The notes: a model not told the origin generated them from the sequence alone. Counted from the first letter of the stretch, positions 47,074 to 57,646 are shown. The stretch: 64,000 bases of DNA from an uncultured virus (IMG/VR IMGVR_UViG_3300044846_003060) (IMGVR_UViG_3300044846_003060); one strand, 5' to 3'. Made by a program: numbers and translations.

Positions 47074-48415
47074 TCTTTTCTTCTGTTGGATTAATAGTTA
47101 GTTCTTCTGGGACCCCTGGAATTTCATTTAATTCAGATTCGGAAACAGGATTTGACTGTTCTAACTCTATTAACTCTGACTTGAGGTCATTTCTCTCAAT
47201 TCTTAGTAATGCAGTTTCTATGTCATCATCAGAGATTTCAAGGTCACTTTCAACCCTTTCAACCCCTAAAGCAACCCCCGCAACCCCTGGTATTGAATTT
47301 AGGTCCTCTAAATTAGCATGTAATTCAACAACCTCTTCTTCAACTTGACCCTCTGGTACAAAGTCTTCTATATTTTTATAGACATAGTTTTTATTTAACA
47401 AAGCAAGAGTTGCTTCATCAACAGTAATAGTTTTTACTTTAAAGTAATCAGTACCACCAGTTGATTCAATCTCATGAACATATTTCTTCATAATAATATC
47501 AATCTTATCTGTATCAACAACACCCTTGTCAATCAAAGACTTCATTATATCATCTATATCTGTATTCATATAACTATCTTTACCTAGATATCCAAGTAAA
47601 GATTTAAAGTTAACATGCTTTTTAGTATGACAGTTGTACATTTGATTATGATACTCTTTAAACAATAACTCTAAATAGAGTAAGCTATCTATATAGTTAG
47701 AATTAGCCATTATCTCCATTGCCAAGATATGATTGTCATTATCAGAGCTCTTAAACATGTCAGATAATTGATCAAACATTACTGAATCTATGATAACTGC
47801 ATCTGCACCATTAATATGTTTAAGTAATGCAGCCTCTGTTAAAATAGTAGTATTTAATACCTTAGGAAAATATTCAGCATAGCTATTACTTACTTGATAA
47901 AAAGTATTAGAACTTCTCAATTCTATAGTTACTTCTGGATTTTTCATAGCTTCAATAAATACTTTTTCATTTCTAATTTCACTAGAAGAACTATAATCCA
48001 TATAAACTCTGTCCTCAGTATAAAATTCAAGTGCTGTATCTACATTCTCTACATAATAATCATCCATTTTGTCTCTAACAGTTTCATAAATCTGTCTAAA
48101 CATTTCTGTAGGCATGCTGTATAACCATCTTGTGTCACACATCTTATGAACTGTTGCAGTACCTGCAAATATATGTGTTGCAATATCTATATCTCTGACA
48201 GATTTAATACCATATTGTATAGTTAAATCTTTTAGTTTTACCCTAGGAATATTCACTCCTGGTAAAAAATATAATTTGTCTCCTTTTGTAGGGACATAAT
48301 CTCCATTGGATACTTGTAAATCAGCCCTTGAATCAGGAGAACCAAAAAGTGGTTCAACAGTTATCTTGACCTCATCTGAAACTACTTCAATGTCAAAAAA
48401 CAAATAATTTTTCAT
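47048..48415 (-). CDS. Hypothetical protein downstream of the MoxR-like ATPase, acidic tail
   Basis: 455 aa; contains LSDMFKSSDNDNHILA motif shared with two other ORFs. Confidence 0.65.
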   Translation of the reverse strand: MKNYLFFDIEVVSDEVKITVEPLFGSPDSRADLQVSNGDYVPTKGDKLYFLPGVNIPRVKLKDLTIQYGIKSVRDIDIATHIFAGTATVHKMCDTRWLYSMPTEMFRQIYETVRDKMDDYYVENVDTALEFYTEDRVYMDYSSSSEIRNEKVFIEAMKNPEVTIELRSSNTFYQVSNSYAEYFPKVLNTTILTEAALLKHINGADAVIIDSVMFDQLSDMFKSSDNDNHILAMEIMANSNYIDSLLYLELLFKEYHNQMYNCHTKKHVNFKSLLGYLGKDSYMNTDIDDIMKSLIDKGVVDTDKIDIIMKKYVHEIESTGGTDYFKVKTITVDEATLALLNKNYVYKNIEDFVPEGQVEEEVVELHANLEDLNSIPGVAGVALGVERVESDLEISDDDIETALLRIERNDLKSELIELEQSNPVSESELNEIPGVPEELTINPTEEKNDTDFEWF

Positions 48416-48427
48416 TGTCTTAAGTTT

Positions 48428-48452
48428 AAAAAGGGGAGTATTACCTCCCCTT
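48428..48452 (-). terminator. Intrinsic terminator
   Basis: AAGGGGAG-6 nt-CTCCCCTT stem with a short T tract on the minus strand. Confidence 0.6.
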
Positions 48453-48510
48453 ATGTTTGTTTTAATTTGCTATAGGACTTGTAAAAAAGGGAAAAAGTTT
48501 TAACCCTTAA

Positions 48511-49680
48511 TTATTTTACAGCCATCTTCACCACGTCTTGATTCATCATCAATGAACTAAACTTAACTTTGTTACCATTAACAATTTCCTTAACCATGTA
48601 ATATCTAAGGTCATTAGTAAATGCTTCACAGTCAGTAGTAAGTTTAGCTATCCTGTCAATAATAGGTTTACCTATACTTCCTTTGTCAGCCAAAGTCAAT
48701 GAATAGTTAATTACCCTTGTTGCAATTACACTAGAAATATCAGCACGGAAATCATCATCTTTACCAACTGCATTAGTAAGAGAGTTCATTACATACTGCT
48801 CATCTTTAGTTAGGATATCTGCAGGACTAATTATTCTATCAAGTTTGTTATTGATGAACATAGTAAACATTGAACTAAAATCTACACCAACAGAACCCTC
48901 ACCAATCATTTGAATCAATGGAAGATCATCCTCAAACTTAGGTACAGAACTAATAGCATTGAAGAAAGTAGTAATAGATCTTGGATTAACTCTTTGAGTT
49001 ACCAACTCTGGGTGCATCAACATAAAGTTAATACATCTACCATCTATGTTTGCTTTCTCTGCCCACTTAGCCCATACATCAGCATCATATTTCAACTCAA
49101 CAGATATAAATCTAGTCTTCTGAGCAACATCTAAAGAAGTTACATTATAATCACCATTGTCTGGATTAGTAGTCAAGATAACATGCCAATTCTTTGGTAA
49201 CTTCCAAGAAACATATTCCTGTCTATCTAGAATCTCCATGGTTGCTTGCATAAATCTTGCATCAGCTCTAGTATAATCATCAAGAATCAAGAAACCACCT
49301 TCACCTTTACCCTGAATCCATTCAGGAGCAGCATGTGACATTCTCTTGCCCACAACTTTGAATTTATTTGCAGTAGCTGCAGCTATCTGAGATTCATTAA
49401 TCCAACCTTCTTTACCTTCTGCATTTCTAATTTGAAATTCTTTTACAGGAAACCCAACCAAGTCACCTAATTCTTCTAACTGAGATAAATTCAGCTTTAC
49501 AACATCCATTTGTAATTCTTTACCCAACTGCATGATAGCAGAAGTTTTACCCAAACCAGCATCACCTTCAATATTAATAGCCACAGGAACTTTTCCTTCA
49601 GACTGAATGTGTTGGTTATTTTTAACCATGTGCTTAATAAAACTCTTTAACTCTTCAACATTTAATTGTACTTGACTCAT
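48511..49680 (-). CDS. MoxR-like AAA+ ATPase
   Basis: Walker A GDAGLGKT, Walker B LILDDYTRAD, TTNP, AQKTRF; adjacent to a vWA gene. Confidence 0.85.
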   Translation of the reverse strand: MSQVQLNVEELKSFIKHMVKNNQHIQSEGKVPVAINIEGDAGLGKTSAIMQLGKELQMDVVKLNLSQLEELGDLVGFPVKEFQIRNAEGKEGWINESQIAAATANKFKVVGKRMSHAAPEWIQGKGEGGFLILDDYTRADARFMQATMEILDRQEYVSWKLPKNWHVILTTNPDNGDYNVTSLDVAQKTRFISVELKYDADVWAKWAEKANIDGRCINFMLMHPELVTQRVNPRSITTFFNAISSVPKFEDDLPLIQMIGEGSVGVDFSSMFTMFINNKLDRIISPADILTKDEQYVMNSLTNAVGKDDDFRADISSVIATRVINYSLTLADKGSIGKPIIDRIAKLTTDCEAFTNDLRYYMVKEIVNGNKVKFSSLMMNQDVVKMAVK

Positions 49681-49690
49681 ACTCTTTTTT

Positions 49691-50872
49691 TTATAGTTCT
49701 AATTTAATTACTTTTCCTGGTAAACTGTCATTCATATGGGATCTTTCTGACAAGACCCATAGAACATTTCCTTTAGGTCTTACACTTGTCCAACATTCAC
49801 CGTCAGTAAAATACACCAGGCTTGTATATTTCTTTTGGTTTTCATTAAAGTACTCTAGGACAGGATCAAACTCAGTCCCACCTCTTCCAAATGCACTCAT
49901 CTCAAATTTACCTTTGTAAGGTTCAATTGATCTGATATTTGTATCACACTGTATTACAGTTACATCAACACCACATTTATAAATATGGTAGATTTCACTC
50001 ATAAACTCTTTAAGTTCATCATCACTTACAGAACCTGAAGTATCTATAGCTAACAACATATGTTGTCTCATTTTTACTTTAAGACCCGGATTAGCATCAA
50101 ACCTTCTATTCTCTTTTCTTCTGATCTTCTTAGTAAATACTTTGGTACTAACACCAGTAAATCTCCTAATGAATCCTCTCCAGTCAAATTTAGGTTTAAC
50201 AATCTCTTCAATTTTGATCAATCCTTCTATCTCCCCAGGAATATTACCTTTCTTCTTTTCTGTCTGCTCTTTAGCATCAGAAAGAACCTTTTGTAACTGT
50301 TTCTCTATAAGTTTCTGTTCTGCTTCTGTAAGATCTTCAAAGTCTTCCCAAGTACTGTGATCAGGTATCTCACCATTCTCTATATTCTCAAGAAGTTGAT
50401 CCATATTAGAGTCTCCACAAGTACCATTCTTATCTTTTTCATCCTGAAGTTGATTCAGTTTGTCATAATAATATCTAGCACCGGCCTTTCTATCTAGTTC
50501 TATATCAGTATAGTTATCTATATCAATACCACCTTCTGGTAGATACTGTTTACTTATATACTGATTTATCTCCATATCCATTGCTACATTAGCTAGTTTC
50601 TTGTTAGAAAACTTAAAGAATGTAGTAAGATGTCCAAAAGCAATATGTAGTAACTCATGCTTCAATAATCCATATCTGTGGTCTTCACTGAGACTTTCCC
50701 AGAACTCTGTATTAATAGTAAGCTGATAATTAATACCATTCTTGCTCACACCAGCTGTAGGAACTCTTTTACTGTCCCATAGCTTATTCAACATAATGAG
50801 AAAGAACCCATAATAGGGCTCCTTCAACATTAGTTCTTTACCTGTTTTACTTAGACTCTGTTGTTTGTCCAT
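49691..50872 (-). CDS. Metallopeptidase-like (HExxH) plus vWA domain protein (DUF2201-like)
   Basis: KHELLH; MIDAS DTSGS; GRGGTEF; YFTDGE. Confidence 0.85.
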   Translation of the reverse strand: MDKQQSLSKTGKELMLKEPYYGFFLIMLNKLWDSKRVPTAGVSKNGINYQLTINTEFWESLSEDHRYGLLKHELLHIAFGHLTTFFKFSNKKLANVAMDMEINQYISKQYLPEGGIDIDNYTDIELDRKAGARYYYDKLNQLQDEKDKNGTCGDSNMDQLLENIENGEIPDHSTWEDFEDLTEAEQKLIEKQLQKVLSDAKEQTEKKKGNIPGEIEGLIKIEEIVKPKFDWRGFIRRFTGVSTKVFTKKIRRKENRRFDANPGLKVKMRQHMLLAIDTSGSVSDDELKEFMSEIYHIYKCGVDVTVIQCDTNIRSIEPYKGKFEMSAFGRGGTEFDPVLEYFNENQKKYTSLVYFTDGECWTSVRPKGNVLWVLSERSHMNDSLPGKVIKLEL

Positions 50873-51266
50873 TGTCTTTTAGTTTAATGTTTATTTCAAA
50901 ACTATCTGTTGGGTACCCAATTTGTTCTAACATTTTTGTCATATCTCTTACAAAATATTCCATAAACAACTCTACTGAATTCTTAGAACCTTTATGCCCT
51001 GTAATAAGACTTAGAGTTCTTGGGCTAGTAAGATTACTTTCTCCAACTATACTTACTAGTTTGCTGTGTAATTTCTTCCCAGCCTCAGACCAGTCAGATC
51101 TTTGTACACCAGAGAATTTATACATTACAAGTAACTCTCCTATGTATTTATCTACATCAACATTCTTCAATGCCTGAAATGCTACAATATGATTCTCTTT
51201 ATCAGAGGATTGTAACATATTTAATAAATTTCTTGTTTCTTCTTTGTCAAAAATCATTTTACTCAT
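50847..51266 (-). CDS. Hypothetical protein
   Basis: 139 aa; N-terminal LLNMLQSSDKENHIVA motif. Confidence 0.6.
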   Translation of the reverse strand: MSKMIFDKEETRNLLNMLQSSDKENHIVAFQALKNVDVDKYIGELLVMYKFSGVQRSDWSEAGKKLHSKLVSIVGESNLTSPRTLSLITGHKGSKNSVELFMEYFVRDMTKMLEQIGYPTDSFEINIKLKDNGQTTESK

Positions 51267-51613
51267 TAGTCTTCAATTTTTAAAGTTTTTATTGCCCATT
51301 TTTCAGGTTTACCACTTGCAATCATATCTACCCATTCTTTTGCAGTAGGGATATAGTTGTTGCAATCCTCTTTGACATGTTGTTCTCCTACATATCTTAC
51401 ATATACATCTTTACCGTCAGAGTTGGTAATAGTCATACCAAATCTTTGTTCACATTCAAATATACCCTCACTGTGGTGTCTGAATACTCTATGCATACTG
51501 TGTCCAATCCATCCTTTAGTTTCATCAAACCATTTATGGATTTCCAAATAATCTACAGGAGATCCTCCAAACTTTTTAGCTGAGGATTTTGCATGTTGCC
51601 AAGGATGTGCCAT
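51266..51613 (-). CDS. His-rich conserved protein (DUF6915-like)
   Basis: MAHPWQHAKSSAKKFGG...IHKWFDETK...HRVFRHHSEGI...EQHVKED. Confidence 0.7.
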   Translation of the reverse strand: MAHPWQHAKSSAKKFGGSPVDYLEIHKWFDETKGWIGHSMHRVFRHHSEGIFECEQRFGMTITNSDGKDVYVRYVGEQHVKEDCNNYIPTAKEWVDMIASGKPEKWAIKTLKIED

Positions 51614-51614
51614 A

Positions 51615-51872
51615 CTAAAGATTTTTAAATTCTTCCTCTAAATCTGTTATAGCTATAATAACATCATCAAGCTCTTTTTTAATAAGATCTTTTATCCCTT
51701 CTTTATCATATAAAGGAACTTCACTTTTTCTTCCAAAAGCACCTGCTGAGTATTGTACTGTTACTGATGTAAAACATGATTTAAGAGCTTCTTCAAGTCC
51801 TCTTTTTCTCCTAATAAATTTATCAATGTTTTCTTGTAAATTTTTACCAGTAATAAATTTTTCTTTATCCAT
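51615..51872 (-). CDS. Hypothetical protein
   Basis: 85-aa ORF tightly packed with neighbours. Confidence 0.55.
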   Translation of the reverse strand: MDKEKFITGKNLQENIDKFIRRKRGLEEALKSCFTSVTVQYSAGAFGRKSEVPLYDKEGIKDLIKKELDDVIIAITDLEEEFKNL

Positions 51873-52279
51873 TATTCTTCTTCTGTTTTACTTAATAAAT
51901 CTCCATCATGAAAGAAATCTTCAGTCTCAGTAACTCTTACATGATTATTAATAATATACTTTCCTGAAGGAACACATATACATAAATCTCCAAAGCCACC
52001 TTCATTATTCCACCAGTCTTCTATATCATTAAGAAGTTTTTCATCAGCAAATGATTCAATTTGGTAATAAAGATCTCCATCTAAATTTGTTAAAGTATAT
52101 TCATTGTCCCAATCATTTACATTGTCATTTACATCTTCTGGAGTTTCACATGGAACTTTTGTATAACCAATCCATTCTATGGCACCTGAGTCTCCTCCAC
52201 CATCATATTTTACTTTAATACCTGTGATACCTAAATCAGCCAACTTAAATAAGAGGCTTGTTAATTCTAATTCTGTCAT
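51872..52279 (-). CDS. Acidic conserved protein (DUF6878-like)
   Basis: YDGGGDSGAIE...WWNNEGGFG. Confidence 0.65.
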   Translation of the reverse strand: MTELELTSLLFKLADLGITGIKVKYDGGGDSGAIEWIGYTKVPCETPEDVNDNVNDWDNEYTLTNLDGDLYYQIESFADEKLLNDIEDWWNNEGGFGDLCICVPSGKYIINNHVRVTETEDFFHDGDLLSKTEEE

Positions 52280-52281
52280 AA

Positions 52282-52707
52282 CTATTTAATTTTGTAAAAT
52301 CTACCTAATATGTTTCCATTTAGGAATTCTTCTTTTTCAAGTACTTCGTGAACAAACTGATGTTTGGTTTCTTGATATGTAAGCTCCATACCTGAGTAAC
52401 ATATCAATAAGATTTCTCTTTTGATTACTACTCCTGCTTTGTGAGCTTCCTTTAGAACTTTATTACTACTGTAATAGTTCATGAAGTCTGGTTTTAACTC
52501 TCTTTTGTACTTCTTAAGTCTCTTGTCCGTGGACATGGCTAGAGCTTTTTTACCAAGAGGTTTCTTTATATTAGCAAAGAAATTCTTCTTACCAACATAT
52601 GCAACAGACTTACCATCAATGATAGCAGTCATAATATAAATAAATCCTACACCTCCTTGAGGTATATCACCTTCATTAAATTCTTTTCCTTGATGGATCC
52701 AACTCAT
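52282..52707 (-). CDS. GIY-YIG family endonuclease
   Basis: GFIY...YVGKK, YYSS, REIL, E, FLNGNI motifs. Confidence 0.75.
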   Translation of the reverse strand: MSWIHQGKEFNEGDIPQGGVGFIYIMTAIIDGKSVAYVGKKNFFANIKKPLGKKALAMSTDKRLKKYKRELKPDFMNYYSSNKVLKEAHKAGVVIKREILLICYSGMELTYQETKHQFVHEVLEKEEFLNGNILGRFYKIK

Positions 52708-53681
52708 AATGCTTGTTTTAATAATGGAAATAATTTATTTCTTGTGGCTTCAATACCATGTATTTTAACTGAATCCGCAATATCTTTTTCATTTTCAAAC
52801 TCAATTGGTATAAATCCAAATTCCTCTTGATATCTCTGCATGTATTTCTTACCTGTAGGATCATTGTCAAATAAAACCAATACTTTTTTGTATTTCATTT
52901 TTATATCTTCAACAAATTCTTTTGGTAATACAGTACTTTCAGCATCTGGAGCAATTGCTTCAATATTATTTATATCTAATAAATTAAAACATAGTAAATC
53001 TTTAAGAGATGCTACAAGTATCAAATACTTTTTATCATATTGTAGTTGCTCAAGACCCTGAGTATAATCAGATATCTTCAAAAACTTTTTAGCTGGAACT
53101 TTAGGTTGATAAATTTTGTATAAACTACCATCTTCTTTAAAATAACCATAGATAAATTCCTTTTCTATTCTTATTCTATCCATAACAAAGTCACCTTTGT
53201 CTTTTGTTAGTTCATAATATTCTAAAGGATATATATTATAATTTTCTAGAATTCTAGAATTAATATTATATGGAGTCCAATAACTTTTATCATTTGTATT
53301 CCAGTGTCTTATTTGATAATCAGATAATTTAAATCTTGTTGCTGCAAGAACAGGAGTAGAAGCACTAAAATCTGTTTTACTTATGTAACTTTCATAGTCA
53401 AACATAATCTTATCCTTTGCACTATCTCTTGTAAGATTATATAAAAGTTCAACAAGTCTTATTGCATCACCTTGATAACCTGAAGAAAAGTCTTTGAATT
53501 TATACTGACTAGTTCTTCCATCAAAATAAATAATCATAGATGGTATTTTGTCAGATGGATTAAATATTGATTTAATCTTTATTGACTCACCAGTAAGCTT
53601 TTCAGTTATATTGAGATAATACTCAAATATCCATTCTCTTGGGACATCCCATAAACTTGTAATTAACCTAGTTGATATCAT
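52704..53681 (-). CDS. DNA primase (Toprim domain)
   Basis: FKDFSSG in the N-terminal region, KIYQP, SLKD, LFDNDPTG, KDIAD. Confidence 0.8.
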   Translation of the reverse strand: MISTRLITSLWDVPREWIFEYYLNITEKLTGESIKIKSIFNPSDKIPSMIIYFDGRTSQYKFKDFSSGYQGDAIRLVELLYNLTRDSAKDKIMFDYESYISKTDFSASTPVLAATRFKLSDYQIRHWNTNDKSYWTPYNINSRILENYNIYPLEYYELTKDKGDFVMDRIRIEKEFIYGYFKEDGSLYKIYQPKVPAKKFLKISDYTQGLEQLQYDKKYLILVASLKDLLCFNLLDINNIEAIAPDAESTVLPKEFVEDIKMKYKKVLVLFDNDPTGKKYMQRYQEEFGFIPIEFENEKDIADSVKIHGIEATRNKLFPLLKQAL

Positions 53682-53693
53682 ACTATCAAAATT

Positions 53694-53723
53694 AAAATAA
53701 GGGGACCATCTCTGATCCCCCTA
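53694..53723 (-). terminator. Intrinsic terminator
   Basis: Minus strand GGGGATCA-GAGA-TGGTCCCC-TTATTTT; GNRA loop. Confidence 0.65.
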
Positions 53724-53727
53724 TCCA

Positions 53728-54423
53728 TTAGTCTAGGTTGAAATCAGAAGATGATTTTCTTGGTGTTTTTATTTCATCATCAGAATCAAATTTGTCTATT
53801 TTTTTAGCTTCTTTTTGTTTGATGATATGAGTTTTGTCATCAAAGTTCATGATGTTTGCTGCATCCAATTCACCAAAAGCATATTGCTTATCTGCTGAAT
53901 TTGGAAAGAACAAATTATAATCAATGTAACCCTCTTTATTTGTCCACTCTTTACCACCTATACAGCAGTCAAAGAATTTATTTTTAATTGGAGCTGTTCC
54001 ATTAAATGCATCAATAAACTCTTCAATAGTTTTATGCTTGTCATTTTGTTCTTTAAACCAATCACTGATACCCAATGATTTACAAAGATTTTGCAAGAAA
54101 ATTAATATTGCTTTATCTCTTTGAATTGGTGTACCTCTTTTAGTAAAACCATCTGCAAATGCATAAAAACTACCTTTTACTTTACCAATTTGGCCATCAT
54201 ATCTACCTTTCTCTTGATCATTATCAATATAAAAACCTTCAAAACCTTCTAAAGCTTCAGTTTCTAGATGTAATAATAAATAATAAGCATTTTCAATATA
54301 GGTATATTGCTCTAACTCAAGCTTGTGCAATTTTACTCTATGGTTTCCTGGTTGAATTTTTTTTGGAAGTTTTCTACCTTCACCACTACCTTTACTTTCT
54401 AAGTCTAATGTACTTAATCCCAT
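53728..54423 (-). CDS. Putative single-stranded DNA-binding protein
   Basis: Position between AAA ATPase and primase; beta-rich; acidic/aromatic tail SDFNLD; function inferred. Confidence 0.45.
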   Translation of the reverse strand: MGLSTLDLESKGSGEGRKLPKKIQPGNHRVKLHKLELEQYTYIENAYYLLLHLETEALEGFEGFYIDNDQEKGRYDGQIGKVKGSFYAFADGFTKRGTPIQRDKAILIFLQNLCKSLGISDWFKEQNDKHKTIEEFIDAFNGTAPIKNKFFDCCIGGKEWTNKEGYIDYNLFFPNSADKQYAFGELDAANIMNFDDKTHIIKQKEAKKIDKFDSDDEIKTPRKSSSDFNLD

Positions 54424-54442
54424 TTTTTTTGATTTTTAATTA

Positions 54443-55162
54443 TTAAATAAACACTTCATCCCATGATGTTTTTAAAACACCTTCTTTCATTTCAGAAATT
54501 ACTATTTCTTTGTTTCTTAGATGCTCTGGTCTTGCACCACAAGTAACTTCTTCATTTGTCCTAAAAGACAAAATAGTTTCATTACCTTTTCTGTACATAT
54601 AACCAATAGCATCTGCATTTGCACATATTAAAGATTTGATTTTACCAGTTAAATCTATATTAGCAGACATAACCATTTCTCCCTTATCATCAACTACCTT
54701 GTCTTTAATGTGACCAGATAGAATAATGGTGGGTGCGAATTTATCAATAAATTCTAGAATTTGGAAAAATGCTTTTCTAATATATAAATAACCAGCTCCA
54801 TTTGCTAATGTAAGAACACTATCTCCATCAAAGTTTTTACCCATTGTTGTATCCTGATAAAGATTGACAGCTAATGGCATGATCATATCTTCTAATGCAG
54901 TTACAGTATCAATAGTAACATATTTGTATGGAAATCCAGCAGCCTTAATTGCCTGACCTACTTCTCTTAGTTCAGATAGATTATTTACTTTAACTTTAAG
55001 AGCTTCTACATAATCAGAACCATTCTCAAGATCTATAATTAGATTGTCTTCAAGTCCTGCAAATGCAGTGGTTTTACCTGTTTTGGGCTTAGAATAAATC
55101 AATATTCTTTTAGGATTTACTCTGTTAGCCGCAACTTTTTTAGTTGGGAGTACAATACTCAT
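54443..55162 (-). CDS. AAA_24/Sak4-like P-loop ATPase (recombination)
   Basis: YSKPKTGKT, IDLENG, VTIDTVT, ILSGH, ADAIGY. Confidence 0.8.
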   Translation of the reverse strand: MSIVLPTKKVAANRVNPKRILIYSKPKTGKTTAFAGLEDNLIIDLENGSDYVEALKVKVNNLSELREVGQAIKAAGFPYKYVTIDTVTALEDMIMPLAVNLYQDTTMGKNFDGDSVLTLANGAGYLYIRKAFFQILEFIDKFAPTIILSGHIKDKVVDDKGEMVMSANIDLTGKIKSLICANADAIGYMYRKGNETILSFRTNEEVTCGARPEHLRNKEIVISEMKEGVLKTSWDEVFI

Positions 55163-55824
55163 ATTTCACTTTTTGCTTGTTTAATAAGATCATTTAACCA
55201 TTGTTTATCACTTACAGGTTTTACTAGCATGATTGCTGCAAAATCTCTTAAAGAGATATTAGATAAAGTTAAATTCTCTTGATTATCATTATCTGAATCT
55301 TCTTTTAAAGAAGGAAACTCTTCTTCAAAGTTTGGAAAATAATAAAGATCATTAACTCCATTTTGTTCTTTTGCAGGAGGTAAAGCTTGTTCTTTAGCTT
55401 TTTCATATTCAGCATAAGTCATTGTTTTACCTTTCCACAATACTTTTAACTCAGATAAATTAACAAGATATGAATCATATTCTTTACCAACATCTCCACC
55501 TGTTTTAATAGGATATTCAGTTTTATAATGTGGATTTGCTTTGTAGATAAATAAAGGTCTGTTGTTATCATACGGAGTATAATCTACAACAACTTCATTA
55601 TCATCTTTTACTTTTTCAAAGAGCTCAATATAAAGATCTTTATTTTTCTTAAGTTCTCCATCAAACAATTGAATATTTTTACCTGGCAACGGACTGATAT
55701 TAGATCTAAAAGCTGTTTTAATTGTAAACTCACTTTGTGCTATTCCAGCTCTGTCTAATGTTCCTTTGTGATAAAGGTAATACTCATTTTGTTTTTCATT
55801 TCTCAAATTTGGTGCTTCTCTCAT
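55159..55824 (-). CDS. Hypothetical protein
   Basis: 221-aa ORF; ATGA overlap with the ATPase gene. Confidence 0.6.
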   Translation of the reverse strand: MREAPNLRNEKQNEYYLYHKGTLDRAGIAQSEFTIKTAFRSNISPLPGKNIQLFDGELKKNKDLYIELFEKVKDDNEVVVDYTPYDNNRPLFIYKANPHYKTEYPIKTGGDVGKEYDSYLVNLSELKVLWKGKTMTYAEYEKAKEQALPPAKEQNGVNDLYYFPNFEEEFPSLKEDSDNDNQENLTLSNISLRDFAAIMLVKPVSDKQWLNDLIKQAKSEI

Positions 55825-55843
55825 TTGTTTTTAAATTTAAAAA

Positions 55844-56860
55844 TTAATCTTCTTGTCTTCTTCCAGGAGTTGGTGCCTCTTCCAATCTCATAGTATCTCT
55901 GTTAAGTCTATAAAACTGAATACCGGTTAAACCATTTCTGGATTTTAAAAAGTGAAATACTAATGTTTCTTCATCTTCAATAATTAATTTGTCAGGACCA
56001 TAGGAACTTAATCTTTTATCATAAGGTCTATTGATTCCAATTACAACATCAGCATGCTGTAAAAGAGCATCCGAACCATAGATATCAGAGTCCAAGATAT
56101 AATTACCATAGGTACCTGGTTTATTTCTTTCTGGAGATTCAATACTTCTGTTAAGCTGACTTAAAATCAAAAAAGAAACAGGAAACCTTTTTTTCATTTC
56201 TGTCATTGCCTCACCTAAGTCACTTAGCATTTCAAATTTGTCTTTTTGTGACTGATCTTTTCTCAATAAATTAGAATGGTCAATACATACAAGTATATTA
56301 GTATATACTTCTTTCTGATTTCCATTTTCATCTTCTATGATTTTCTTAAAATCTTCACATTCATCTTGTATGGTAACTTTCATTTCATCTACTGTGCATG
56401 GATCATAGATCATATTAGTTTTACCTTTACCTTCAATACTTTCATATATATCAATCAATTTGTGGATATCCTCTTTGTCAATAGGTTTACCCTTGCTCAT
56501 AAGTTTTTCATAGGACATTCCTGATTTTACTGATAACTTCCTTGCACCATCTGTTTCATCAACCATCTCAAGTTGGAATTTTAATATTCTAAAATCTTGA
56601 TCTTTGTTGAGTTCAATGATATCTGAAGTCATCTGCTCCATGAAAAAGGTTTTACCTACACCAGGTCTTGCTCCAATGACAGTAATAGTTCGCCATTCTA
56701 AGCCATTTACAAATGCATTATTAAATTGTGGCCATGCAGTTTTTAATGTTTTTATTTCTCCTTTACTGATTGCAATAATTTTATTTATTGCTTTTTTAAT
56801 AGATTCTTTCTCAGATGTTCTCTTTAAAGGAACAACTTGTTTTGTTGGTTTTTGATACAT
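55844..56860 (-). CDS. dnaB: DnaB-like replicative helicase (SF4), RecA-like domain only
   Basis: GARPGVGKT, FQLEM, IDH, LSQLNR, DIYGSDAL, LKSRNG. Confidence 0.85.
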   Translation of the reverse strand: MYQKPTKQVVPLKRTSEKESIKKAINKIIAISKGEIKTLKTAWPQFNNAFVNGLEWRTITVIGARPGVGKTFFMEQMTSDIIELNKDQDFRILKFQLEMVDETDGARKLSVKSGMSYEKLMSKGKPIDKEDIHKLIDIYESIEGKGKTNMIYDPCTVDEMKVTIQDECEDFKKIIEDENGNQKEVYTNILVCIDHSNLLRKDQSQKDKFEMLSDLGEAMTEMKKRFPVSFLILSQLNRSIESPERNKPGTYGNYILDSDIYGSDALLQHADVVIGINRPYDKRLSSYGPDKLIIEDEETLVFHFLKSRNGLTGIQFYRLNRDTMRLEEAPTPGRRQED

Positions 56861-56861
56861 A

Positions 56862-57062
56862 TTACTTATTGTTAAAATAGTTAAGTAATAGTTTCTTCTT
56901 TATTATATTATAAATAAAGTGACCAGCTGTTATTAAGAATTCAATAATTAGGAATTGCCATATAGTAATATGTACTATACTTGCATCAACAATTAAAAAG
57001 GCCAGTGTTGTATTTATTAGTGCAATTAAGACTAATAAAAACTGAGCTTCCATTTTTCTCAT
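56862..57062 (-). CDS. Small membrane protein
   Basis: Two hydrophobic segments, 66 aa. Confidence 0.5.
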   Translation of the reverse strand: MRKMEAQFLLVLIALINTTLAFLIVDASIVHITIWQFLIIEFLITAGHFIYNIIKKKLLLNYFNNK

Positions 57063-57646
57063 AGGTATCTTTCTTTAAATTTTGGTGTATCATCTACAGG
57101 TTTGTTTAAGATAATCTCACAATAGTTTGCTAATTCTGACATAAACTGTCTTCCATCTTCTTGTTTCCTAATAAAATACTGTGAGGTTCTCATATAATTA
57201 TATTGATTATCAGCATATTCTCTTATATACTTTTTAGATGCACTAAATATTGTATCCCAATCATAATCATAATTATCAAAAAACCATCTAAATGCATTCT
57301 CTAAGTTCTTTACATTAGATCTTGCATATTTACCGCTAGGAAGTTTTATGTTTGGAAATATTAGGTTATATTGTTCAATATTTTTTAAGAAATCAGTTCC
57401 CATAATGATTTGAGAACTTTTCTTTTTACTTTTCTTAAAAAACCCATTTATTTCTTCTATAAAGATAATACTTTTATCAGTAATTTGCAAATTTTCTGTT
57501 AACCATCCTGCCTGTTTTAATCTTGTAATTTCTAGATTAGAATTGACAAATGTGTGTGGTTTAATATTTTTTGCAATACTAAATAATACATAAAAACTAT
57601 TAGGTGTTAGATTTTCCCTAACTAACTTTTGAAATAATTCCTCCAT
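57059..57646 (-). CDS. Hypothetical protein, possibly replication-associated
   Basis: 195 aa upstream of the helicase; YMRTSQYFI motif; function inferred from position only. Confidence 0.5.
   Translation of the reverse strand: MEELFQKLVRENLTPNSFYVLFSIAKNIKPHTFVNSNLEITRLKQAGWLTENLQITDKSIIFIEEINGFFKKSKKKSSQIIMGTDFLKNIEQYNLIFPNIKLPSGKYARSNVKNLENAFRWFFDNYDYDWDTIFSASKKYIREYADNQYNYMRTSQYFIRKQEDGRQFMSELANYCEIILNKPVDDTPKFKERYL

Noticed and set aside
52282..52707. GIY-YIG gene as an intron-encoded mobile homing endonuclease
   Set aside because: Free-standing, catalytic domain only, coupled to the primase gene, and no split host gene seen
53687..53694. TAATTTTG (TAnnTTTG) on the - strand before the primase gene
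   Set aside because: Only 5 nt from the ATG and overlapping a terminator tail; may be chance
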